Assembly (NCBI RefSeq): GCF_001194135.2
Contig: NC_069003.1
Span: 19,608,188 to 19,672,187 of the forward strand
Direction: 5' to 3'
Length of the DNA: 64,000 bases
From: Octopus bimaculoides
Lineage: Eukaryota
How positions within the stretch are numbered: the first letter of the stretch is position 1; each line of letters begins with the position of its first letter. Both the position numbers and the translations under genes were made by a program. Of this stretch, positions 24,399-36,182 are shown in pieces. The notes beneath the pieces are model-generated. The model saw nothing but the letters and a program-made list of their open reading frames with translations. It was not told where the DNA came from and did not search any database.

Positions 24399-25992
24399 CT
24401 TTGAGATGAATAATAAAAAGAAACAAACAAGAAATAATGACTGAGTATCAAACAGCTTTGGTAGGGTATTGAAATTACAGGAGACTGTTTACTATCAAAT
24501 AAATTATCTGATAGAAGAAGACAACGACATTAGATTACACTGCACACTCAAAATGTTTCCCACTAGCTCTCCATCCACTTCTGGTTTTTCCAGACTTAAA
24601 AGAAATATATTTTGAAGGCAAAGCAGGTTATTAAATTTTACAGTCTCTCTGTCTGTCTATCAGTCTCTCTCTCCCTCTCTCTCTCTGTTCATTTCACTCA
24701 CACACAGACACACACAACAGCAACAAGAACAAATGAGGAAGCTATTAGATATTTTGGTAGGTGCTTAAAAGTTATACATCTAAGTCCTTCAAACGATTTT
24801 ATGCAAAGAAATTTCAAGGCATTTCACATATATGACGGTGAAACAGAAGATTAAGCGATTAAAGAAAAACAACAACAACAACAACAAAAAGACCTCCAAA
24901 AACAACCAAAATGCAATTAAACGAAAACTAATATCGACATAAAAGCTAAATCATTTGATGCTGTGAAAACCTAGGAATAGATTGGTAATGTAGTAATGTA
25001 GAACAAATCTCAATAAACTGTTCAGATGTCTAACTTTACTATCGCAGAGCAATTGCAGATGTGATAGACAAACGGTTAACCTATATTGCTTCTAAGTTAA
25101 GCAGTTGTGAATTGACATTAAGCCACTGGCTCTGCACTCTATTATATTTATTACATAACACTAGTGAAACCGCTGAGAGAAAAGCAGCTGGCTCCAGTCC
25201 AACATGTGTTGAGCTGTTATGGTTAATAAGTCTACTTCACAAGCAAATGGTTTTGATTCCACAGTTCAGCTGCATGTCACCTTGAGTAAGTAGTAGTGTC
25301 TCCTAAAATGTACGTGGGTTCAGAAATGTTTGGAGAGAAATTTAATAAATGGAAACTGTGTGGAAGCCCATTGTGTGTCTCTATCGTTGCTGTTACCACC
25401 ACCATCATCATGATGATTCTATGTTGAGTTTCTATGTTGACCTGAGTTGGACAAGTCATCATGGTCCAAGTCAGTTCTTATTCAGATTAATTCCAGCCGC
25501 AATCCTAGATGAATTGGAAAATCACACCTTGCTAGTACATTTCCCTTTTGGATTGCCTTCTACAGCTGGATGCCCTTTTTATCATAAACCATTTTACAAA
25601 GACAACTGGATGCATTTTACCATGGCACCAGTATCTGGGAGGGTGCAATGCCTCACCATCACTATTGGAGGTGCCAGACCCAGGAAGATATGGAACAAAG
25701 TGATGAGAAAGAGTTTTGGGCCTCACAGAGATGACAAGGTTTGCTATGCTTGAGAAGACACATCAAACTAAATAAAATCATGGCTGTCCATGCACACAAG
25801 CATATTCTCTAACACATAAAATCACCCAGTCACTATATAGAGTGTTTGGCATTAGAAAGAGGATCCAGCTGTAGAAACTATACCAAAACAGATAAATGGA
25901 TCCCAGGTAGCTCTCCAGCTGACCAACTCCTGTCAAACCAGAATGGATGATGATGATGAAGATAGATACATATATGTATATATATATATATA

Positions 25993-26030
<38 letters not shown>

Positions 26031-26042
26031 TTATGTGTCAAT

Positions 26043-26079
<37 letters not shown>

Positions 26080-26204
26080 TATGTAATAATTTCACAAGTG
26101 TATGTAAATGCATATGTTGAACATGAGCTAGTCACTCAGAGTCAATCAGGTAGTACAGAAAGATATTATACACCATATGAATAGGGTAGCATCAGCATCA
26201 TCAT

Positions 26205-26430
26205 CAACTACTGCAAGGGTAAAAGGCGATGCATTTGAAAAAGGCAATTACAGAGACATCAAATTGATGGACCAGGTTATGGGAGAAAGAGAAAGAGTTG
26301 TAGCTAAATTGATTAAGAAGAGAATTAACCTAGAGGAGATTCAGTTGAGCATTATGCCAGGAAGCAGTACCACTAATGCCATCTTTGTAGTAAGATAACA
26401 GCAGGAGAAATACTTAAGCTAGAAATAAGC
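26205..26430 (+). mobile_element. RTE-clade LINE RT fragment
   Basis: KGDAFEKGNYRDIKLMDQVM...ERVVAKLIKKRINLEEIQLSIMPGSSTTNAIFVVR*QQEKYL. Confidence 0.8.
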
Positions 26431-26744
26431 TCCTATAAGTAACTACTTCAACCACTTGCATTGAGGTTAGGATTTATCCTGACAGTATACAGTTAATACA
26501 TGTGATGTTAACTGTTATCCTGCTAAAAGCCATTATCATTGCTTTCTGTAAGATTGAGTTAAGCCATGATCATGGTTTTATATTAACTTAATTTTCAATC
26601 ATACATAACTTTCCATTGTTTAGAACTACTTGCTTCATTTTTTTCCTCTCCACAAATAGTAGATTTTTTTATAAGTACTTTGCTAAGGTAAAGCCACTTC
26701 CCTTCTGTTTTGTTTTTGTTACACTGTAAAATTGCTTTCAAATT

Positions 26745-26945
26745 TTGGCACAAGGCCAACATGATTGGGGGTCGGAGTAAATCAATTACATCAACCCCAG
26801 TTACATCAACTGGGACTTATTTCTCCAACTCCAGAAAGATGAAAGCAAAGTCAAACTTGATAGAATTTGAACTCAGAACATAAAGATGAATGAAATACCA
26901 CGAAGCATTTTGCCTGGCATGCTAATAATTCTATCAGCTTGCTGC
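26745..26945 (-). mobile_element. SINE family B
   Basis: Tail, central domain and head match other family B copies. Confidence 0.7.
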
Positions 26946-27093
26946 CATAGTTACAGTGTAAAATTGACACATTTTAGTGGAGTATAATTTCATTACAGTA
27001 TACTATAAGAGAATACTATTACTTGATCTCAGATCATGATCAGGCAACTATTGAAAGTAATTTTAAAGTGAGAGAGTGTGTGTGTGTGTGCTT

Positions 27094-27126
<33 letters not shown>

Positions 27127-27230
27127 NNNNNNNNNNNNNNNNNNNNNNNNNNNNNNNNNNNNNNNNNNNNNNNNNNNNNNNNNNNNNNNNNNNNNNNNNN
27201 NNNNNNNNNNNNNNNNNNNNNNNNNNNNNN

Positions 27231-27272
<42 letters not shown>

Positions 27273-27945
27273 TATGCAGTTTTTTTTGTTTTTCTTTTGA
27301 GAATGACCAATACTAGTTCTGGGGAGCTTGATGACTGCAAATTTCATTCCTCAAATTACAAGGATACAAAATCAGAAGATATTGGATTTTCAGACTCATT
27401 GACTGATGAAGATCTCCAGCCTAATGTTACATCTGTGTTCGTGGTGAATGAGCTTCAGTCAGATACAGCCCTACTGCACAATTTCCAGGAATTGACATCA
27501 GTTTGATTTCCAGCTCAGAACCAGTAGATTTCTTTTGACTTTATTTGCTCTAAACATCATTCAAGCAGTTGTAGAAAAGGCAAACAGTTATGGTAAAATC
27601 TAAGTCCAGACACAAACAACTCAGAGAAAAATGAGCTCAGTTTGGGACCTGGAAAAATGTGTCCAGCAGAAATGAGACAACAGCATTTTGGAATAGCTTG
27701 CCAATATGGGACTAATAGCCATTAAGCTGTGCACCAGTAGACGTTTCTAATGAGGCACATTACAGCCTCATAGCATAACTAAAAATAAATGGAGACTAAC
27801 TTAAATATACACAACTGTGCATTTTCTTCTACATTCATGTTATATCTTTTTTTCTGACTTTTGTCTACTGTGTGCTGTGAATACTCTGTAAAAAGTTCAA
27901 GTTTATTACATTACATATTGATGCGAACACCGAAAAACAAATTAA

Positions 27946-29039
27946 TGTTATATCTCTATCTCCCGAGCTGGGTTTTGAAACCGTATTTTGGTTGTTGGTG
28001 ACAATGGCATTTCCTTTGTCTCGTCAACAACCACAGCTATTTTTAGCGTAGGAGTGATCGGTGACCCTTTCCGGTCACCAAAAGTTCAGAAAAACAAGAG
28101 AGGAATTGTACTGAACTGACCCAGCTTTGGGAGGGGGTAAAGTAACACTATTGAGCTATGGTATTTGTGATAAATAGGAGAACAGGAATTGGCGTGAGGC
28201 AGTTGGCCGAGGATTTGGGTAGCAGTCGAGTTGGCGTATGGAATTGGCCAGTCGAGTTGGGTACAGGCAGTTGGTATCAGGCGAGTTGGCCTGAGAGTTG
28301 GAGGAAGAACGTCAGCCAGTGAAGATGAACAGTGATAAGTCTGACAGAGAGAGGCCGAGAGAGAGGGTCTATAGTCAGCAGGTACGAGTAAGCAGAAATG
28401 CATAGAGTCTCAGAGAGAGAGGGACAGAGAGAGATGGAACTGTTGCGGCAGGCAAAAGAAAGTAGTAGGCTACTTTGGTCAGTTCTTGTGAGAGTTTTGA
28501 AAGAAAGGAAGTTATTACAGTAAAGGTTTGTGTAAATATTCTTCCAAGAAAAATGTACTTGTCGTTATGATGTATAAAAAAGAGATTTCGTTAACTGTGA
28601 TGTTAACTTAAAAGAAAAGAAAAGAAAGAACTTTTGTTACATGTGGGGTAACTGAAAAGAAAACAAAGAAGTGAAAGAACTTTTAAAGGACTTGATGTAC
28701 GAACTCTTGTTTATGTAATGATTGTAAACCTTTGATTATGTTGCATGCGCTATTATATGCTATTGAATTTATTGTTACGCAATGCTATGTTTTGTATCGA
28801 TGTAATGTTTTATTCTGATGTTTGATGTAAAAAGAAAAAGTTAGTTCCGCTACCCAACGTATGGTCTCCGTGTTATTTCTTCCTCTCCTCCTTTTGCCTG
28901 ATGTTCTTCGTTGCGTTCTCCGGCCGGGGTTTAGTGGCTGTGGCGATTGTCCCGACTCACTGAGCGTCAGCGTTCGCGCGCGCGCGCGCAAGTTCTCTCT
29001 TCGGTTAAGGAGGTGCTTCGCGTGCGGGCGTTCGTAACA
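27946..29039 (+). mobile_element. Probable solo LTR (~1.09 kb)
   Basis: TGTTA...TAACA terminal inverted repeat, CpG-rich interior against a CpG-poor background, TATA-like GATAAATAGG at 28169, and AGTTGG repeats. No PBS follows the right end. Flanks ATTAA and ATATA are not a perfect TSD, and the orientation is inferred. Confidence 0.6.
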
Positions 29040-30248
29040 ATATAATCATACACACTGAAGTGTAATTTCAACTTTGTAACAACTTTCTTTCCTATCAACT
29101 TTTATAAATTTCTATTTTATTGTATATTTTAGATGTCTTCAATAATAATAATAATAATAAAAGTCTATATTTTATTACTGATGTACCATTTTTTAAATTC
29201 AATTTTTAAAGATGACAGATTTATGCTACTTTTAGTAATGCAAAATATTCTGTTACCTGAAAATGATGCACTTGATGGATTCTCAGCAGCTAAAAACCTG
29301 TCAACTATCTAATCACAATGGTTAATAAGGCAAGTCAAAGGTTGAATGATTATATACCAAAGAGGAGATTTCAGGATATGAAAGTCTAGTTGGGTACAAG
29401 GGAAGATATTCAGGCATTCAGTATTTGCTGAATAAGCATCCCCATAAATGTGGAGTAGAACTATGAATGTTCAATGAATCAAGTTATGCATATAATACTA
29501 TCATGTATAGAGACAGACAACAAAAAAATTTTGTAGTCAATGAGGATTTCCTTCTGAGTTGAAGGAAAATAAAGATCTAGCAGTAATTATTAGGGACTCT
29601 GAAAAGTGATTTAAAAAAAATTAAGACATAATCCCTCAAAGTTAATTTACTAATGCCATAGAAGCTGATCATTGTTAACAGGCAGGCAAAGGGGACAATT
29701 ATGAGCATGTTTCAGTCTATTAGACCTCATCAGCATGGTATAGTTTACTCAAGCTTATTTTCTGAAACATTTCTACATATAAAAAAAAAATTACAACTGA
29801 TTCTGAACCAGTATAAACTACATGATCAAAAAAAAAAAGGGAAATAACTCAAATGTATCAGTGGCATGATTTTGGATAAATAAGTTAAGAAGGTGATGTA
29901 CTGAATGTCATTTGCAATAAAATTCTAATTGAAATTTCCTTTTTTGCTTGAAGAAAGAGCCCCCCACCCACCAAAAAATATCTAGCACCAATTATTAGAG
30001 ATTCTCAAAGATGAAGAAGGAGAGGAGAAAAGCAGCAAAATTGAATACTTCAAATAGCTCCAAAGATTCTCTACATTTTAACAACATCATAGCATGCAAT
30101 CTAATGTAATATTTCGGGGGGGGGGGACAGTTCATTACAGTATTATATTTAAATTGCATATATACATACACACATATATATACATATATATATAAACATA
30201 TATACATATAAACATATATATATATATATATATACATACATACATATA

Positions 30249-30284
<36 letters not shown>

Positions 30285-30684
30285 CATACATATAAACATA
30301 TATANNNNNNNNNNNNNNNNNNNNNNNNNNNNNNNNNNNNNNNNNNNNNNNNNNNNNNNNNNNNNNNNNNNNNNNNNNNNNNNNNNNNNNNNNNNNNNNN
30401 NNNNNNNNNNNNNNNNNNNNNNNNNNNNNNNNNNNNNNNNNNNNNNNNNNNNNNNNNNNNNNNNNNNNNNNNNNNNNNNNNNNNNNNNNNNNNNNNNNNN
30501 NNNNNNNNNNNNNNNNNNNNNNNNNNNNNNNNNNNNNNNNNNNNNNNNNNNNNNNNNNNNNNNNNNNNNNNNNNNNNNNNNNNNNNNNNNNNNNNNNNNN
30601 NNNNNNNNNNNNNNNNNNNNNNNNNNNNNNNNNNNNNNNNNNNNNNNNNNNNNNNNNNNNNNNNNNNNNNNNNNNNNNNNNNNN

Positions 30685-30730
<46 letters not shown>

Positions 30731-31699
30731 TATATATATAATATATACACACACACATATTAGAGTTTTACAGCAAAATACTCAAACACACACTTCAATA
30801 AGCTGAATAAGGCTAGTTATTTTTTCGCATATTGATAATCTAGGCGTGATAAGACGAAATAATAAATCAAATTCTATTTTATTTCTTCTGCTGAGTATCA
30901 ATACTACCCATACACAGGAAACTAATATTAGTCAAAAAAATGGAGAGAAGCTGTTCATTTCACCCTAACCACAGTAGTTAAAATATATGCAAAATAAACC
31001 AGATTCAACAAAAGTTCATCGAAAGAATCTATCTATTAATAATTTAATGCTTATTTCTTTTTGTTACTTATTTTTATATTTTTTTACAGCTTTCAATCAT
31101 GAGGTTTTGACCATGCTGGGGTAACACCACAAAAGGTTTTAGTTATTCCCCTACCCACAATAAGTTCTGTTAATCTTAGTATGTTGATCTTGTAAGGAAA
31201 ACTGGTAAAGTCAACATGAGCATATAGTGGTGGAATCAAAAACAAAGCATTTTGGTGTTGTGCTCTGGTTTTGCCATCCCCAGTAAATATACTATTATGT
31301 ATATCTGTTTATGCGTGTGTATGTATGCATGCATGTGTGTGTGTGCGTGTGTACATATGAATATTGTTACTTTTCTATCAACCCTGAAAGGATGAGGGGC
31401 AAAGTTATCCTCAGTGGGATTTGAACTCAGTGGAACAAATACTGTACAGCGTTCTATCCAATTTTTTACCTGTTCAACACCAGGTCAATCTTGACTGAGT
31501 ACACCTCAGACCAAAGACATCACAACCTTGAACATTCTGTCTTTGTAGAACCTTGGTCTTGAATTACTTAGTTTTTATTTCAACCAGTACAAACTACAGA
31601 TACGCCAGAGCTCTGCCACCACTACCACAACCAAGGACATCATTATCACTGCTGGATTACCCATCAGGCAAAATAAGCATGTGCTCAAGGCACCAAGGG

Positions 31700-32075
31700 A
31701 AGGAGGGGGACACCACAGAAATGGTAAATGGTTTATGGCACAAAAGAAATCACTTTAAACTTGCTAAAATAATATTCAATGTGGTTTATATGATCGGAAA
31801 TGTAATTTCAAAGTGCTCATGTTGTCATAGTGAGGATCTGATTAAAGACTTTGCACTCAAAAAAAGGGTAGAAGAAAATTTTTCAAATATAAATAAAGTG
31901 TTAGAGCATACAAAAATAAACATCTTCCATCTTACTGTTAGTTTTGTTTCATTTTCAAAAATAAAAGTTCATTTTGCTTTTTATTTTATTGTTTATATTT
32001 TGAATTACACACTGTATGGGGGGACCAAAATCTTTTTTAGTGCTTCGGGCCTCTATGGGTCTTAATGCAGCCCTG
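31700..32075 (+). mobile_element. hAT transposon 3' remnant
   Basis: EDLIKDFALKK resembles the hAT C-terminal xIxxFAxKK motif. The end ggggaccaaaatc...gggcctc...cttaatgcagccctg resembles a hAT terminus. Confidence 0.5.
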
Positions 32076-33383
32076 ATCATTACCCAATGTATTCTTACCT
32101 CTTTTTAGAGAAGTCTGGATATGATTTGAGTGAGATTTGGTAGCTGTTTCTAGCATGTTGAGTAATCACTAAAAGGTTACCTCTTTGGTAGGTTTGGATG
32201 TGTGTTTGTCTTTACCATTTAACTGCACCAAGATGCATAGGCCTGAGTAAGGCATTTTATTTTTCATGTGAGTGATCAACAGTTGTTCATCCATCTATGT
32301 CTCCCTGGCTCCACGCCGCTAATGTTATCGAAGGCCCACTTGGCCCAATAAAAACTTGGTACCTTTGTCATCACAGGTATTACTGTCAGAACACAAATGG
32401 CTGGAACAGCTACCACAAGAAATCTCATCTGATGTTCTACCATTTCCCCTCAGCCCCACCACCATCATCAACCTGCCCTGGTGTGTTTTTTTTTCTATTT
32501 TACTTTTTTTATCATTGGCAAAAGGTTGAAAGGAAAAGTTGACTTTTGAGGGATTTGAACTTAGAATGTGGAGAGTACAAATTAATACCATAAAGTATTC
32601 AATCCAACACTCAAGCAAATCTGCCAATATACCATCTTGAGTTCTAGGGATGAAAATGCATGAGAGGGAGGAGAGAGAAGGAAGAAGAATTAGTGAGAAA
32701 TATTTGAATATGTAATCTATTGTGTAAAAATATCATAGGCACAGACCTGGCTGAGTGGCAAGAAGTTTGCGTCCCAGCCAAATGGTTTTGGGTTCAGTTC
32801 TAAAGAAAGTACTGGAGTAAATTTATTCAACTAAACCCATCAGGGTGGTGCCCATGTATAGCTGCAGTCCAATAATTAAAACAAGTAAAATATAAAAAAA
32901 TTAAAGACAAAATGAGATTTTTAAAAAAATGAATGTGTGTGCATAGGAGGAGGGGGGATAGAAGAAAATGTAAAGTTGAAACAGCAGATTTTGTAGCTTG
33001 TCACATGTGTATGCCTGTGGGGTGGAGTGGGGCTGATGTGTGCTTGAGTGTATAATGTGTGTGTGTGTGCACATGTAAGTATGTGTGTGTGTGAAAGAGA
33101 TAAACTTTAGTTAAATATCTATTGACATGTGAACACCTGAACATATAGGAATGGCTAAAAAATAAACTCTAATAATGGATAATGAGAATAAAAAAATGTG
33201 TGTGTGTGTATATATATATTTTTATATATACACACATATGTATATCAAAAAATGAAGTTTCAAGAACATAGAGATTAGTTCTGCTTGTATGTTATCAAAA
33301 TCAGTATTGCAGAAATAAGGTACACATTGTGTTGATCTATTCAAGGTATCATACACAGTTCGGAAATTGATTTGTGTATGATG

Positions 33384-33397
<14 letters not shown>

Positions 33398-33425
<28 letters not shown>

Positions 33426-33451
33426 TATTATTATTATTATTATTATTATTA
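33398..33451. repeat. Perfect 54-bp (TAA)n-(TTA)n palindrome
   Basis: 27-nt arms with no spacer, centred at 33424|33425. Confidence 0.9.
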
Positions 33452-33989
33452 TGAGAGAAAAACGTGGGTGTGGGTGAATAAAAGAAGCGGAGGAGGCAAT
33501 AGTAGGAGGAAATTACCAAAGAAACAAGTTAAAAAGATAAGAAAAGGGCAAATTTTTAGAAAAAAAAAGTATGTAAGGGTAAAAAAAGAATGAGAAGGAA
33601 GAAGACAAAAAAGAGGAGTGAAAAGAGGGAAATGAAAAAATGGATAGAAGTAAAAAAAAAAGGGGGGGAAAGGCAACAAAAACAAAAAAATTAGCAGAAG
33701 AAAATCCAGGTGTAGAATTTATATGGATATTGTAAATAAAGGAAATAAGGTGATAAAGGTAAGAGAAAAGGGGAGGGGAGAGGGTAAGAGGGTAAGAAAG
33801 GGGGAGAGGATAAGAAAGAGGGAGGAGTTGGAGAGGGTCTGGAGAGGGGAAGAGAGAGAAGGGAGAAGAGAGAGAAAGGCATAGGGGAAGGGAAGGGAAA
33901 TAGGGGGGTAGAGAGAAAGAGAGATGGGGAGCAGAGGGAAAGATGGAAAAGGGATAGGAAGAGAGAGGGAGCAATGTAAAATACAAGTA

Positions 33990-34090
33990 AAATTGAGCCA
34001 TTGGGAAAACTTTTACAGGATCGCTTGGTTTGCAAGAAGTAGCAACCAAATTTCTATCAAAGCATGATCTTTCATATAGAGGAACACACT
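33990..34090 (+). mobile_element. Possible hAT (ZMYM1-like) transposase fragment
   Basis: HWEN...KFLSKHDLSYRG resembles HWRxVL...KFLAxHNLAFRG. The match is short. Confidence 0.3.
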
Positions 34091-34458
34091 GGTCAATGTA
34101 GTCCTTGGCAAATAAAAAGCTGAGATGTCCATGGCTAGAGAGCTTTTCGTTCAAAATCTGCTTCTTTTTGATCAGGGCTGAACCTGAGGCTGAAGAGGAA
34201 CAATGAAGGGGATTCAAGCCACAGCAAATTAACTGTTCTTTACATGAATTCTTACTCTACTAGAAATAGCAGTAAAATCCCTTTTAAATCGCACATGACC
34301 ATTTAAAAAAAACCAAGCTGAGTGCAAAACAGACATAGGTATATAAAAAAAAACAAAAACAGGATGGCCATAGCTTTCATCATAGCTCTACTCCTAATCA
34401 ATCAGAATTAACCTGAATATAAAAAACAACAATAAATGCAAACACCCAATATACATAC

Positions 34459-34582
34459 CTGGAGCACCTCCACCTGCAACATATCCTACAATGGTAATAC
34501 CCAGACCGCGGGTGTCCTTCACAAGTTGCACATCAAACATTTCCATCTCTGGACTTTCGTTTACATTTTCATTGGTTGGTGG
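34459..34582 (-). CDS. MPDZ: MPDZ/PATJ exon B (124 nt, phase 0-1): PDZ3 N-terminal part with GLGI loop
   Basis: Acceptor tctcattcag|CCACCA and donor CTCCAG|gtatgt. Encodes PPTNENVNESPEMEMFDVQLVKDTRGLGITIVGYVAGGGAP+G. Confidence 0.93.
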
Positions 34583-36182
34583 CTGAATGAGACAAAGTTA
34601 TCACAAATGTATTTAACAGAAACAAAATTTCTTGGTATCTGATATAAGTCAAATAGTTTCAAACTGTTCATACCTTTATATAAATGTTTACTTTTTTTGA
34701 GTCATGTAAGCACACGCACGCACACATGTGCATGGAAACATTCACATGCCATATTTACTCATGTGTAAGCTCCACTGTTCGATACTTGACTTTAACTGTA
34801 AAAACTTATACATGAGTAAATACAGTATATTCTTTTATTCTTTTATTCTTTTATTTGTTTCAGTCATTTGACTGTGGCCATGCTGGAGCACTTGTTTTCT
34901 GTCTAGCTTGATTGGTTATCCTCACATATTTTTAAAAATAAATATGCATTCATTTGGCTAAAATAAACCTAGGACAGTCAATTAAGAGCATCAGATAGAA
35001 TGCATTGTAATATGTTTTCCACTTTTGAGCTTTCTGCCTCCTGTCTTCATCATCTTCATTTGATGTCCACTTATCAATGCTTGTATGGGACAGACAGAAT
35101 TAATAGAGTGAATTCAACTATAGCAGAAACAGCTGTAAGCTAATGAAGTTAATGACATAATTTCTTATTACTCTGTGTGTGTGTGTGTATGTGTGTGTAT
35201 CACACACACACACACACACATACCAGGCTTCTTTCAGTTTTTATCTACCCACAAGGCTTTGGTCAGCCAGAGGCAATATTAGAAAACACTTTTCCAAGAT
35301 GCTGCGCAAAGGATGGTACACTACTCTCAGGCATTGCTTCTGACAGACAACATTAACAAAATAGATAGAAAAATACCCATTGGAAATATCAATTTCCTTG
35401 GTTCAGTCAGAAGCTAAGCTACTAACATCACTGTTATCAGAATTAATCAAGTAGTTAATAAAAATCAACACCATTCTATTACTGATACTTCTTTTGATAA
35501 CTCATAAAGAGAGAGGGAGACAATAGAGGTGGTGGAGAGAGAGGGGAAGGAGAGAGAGGGAAGGAGAGATGGATATTAACTTCAATAATGTTTTAAATCA
35601 GATTATAGGGAGATGAGACAGAACATTTCAAAGAATTCAATTCCAATATCACAATATCATCTGTGATAAATAATTATTATTTCTGAATTTATAATGGCAT
35701 TTGTGAGAAGTTTCCAGCAGACACAAAGTAGACAAGCTGTGGAATGCATAGAGTGCAGGCATAATTTAAACTGCATGAAATTCATTTAAAATTGACTACA
35801 AAAGCAATTAACTTTATGATAATTTACTTCAGATATTTTTCATTTTATGAGTGCTCAGGAATTGACAGAAATATATGAGAGGACAGAAAAATACAGGCAG
35901 GGAGAATTCAGTAATTCACAATTTATACATGCACAAAAATCAACACACATGTGTGTGGATGTTTATATGTGTGTATGTGTATGTAGATCTATTTATTTAT
36001 TTATCTATTTTCATCTAGTAGTCAGTTGCTTGGATGTTTCCCCAGTGTATAATTGGTTGATTACAGATGAAAACAAATCTAAATAGCCTGAAAAAAACAC
36101 TTCTCACTTGAATGATATGGAAGAACATCAGCACCCCAACAAAATATTATTAGTCACAGAATACGGTACAAATATAAAGTAG

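Noticed and set aside
24387-24440. 54-nt version of the candidate exon using the upstream CAG at 24441
   Set aside because: It is in frame but would translate the pyrimidine tract into a hydrophobic run inside a PDZ loop and lacks its own tract. It is less plausible than the 12-nt form.
27295-27510. Acidic ORF-like stretch (MTNTSSGELDD...SDSLTDEDL)
   Set aside because: It could be a DNA transposon N-terminus, but no diagnostic motif or termini were found, so it is left unassigned.
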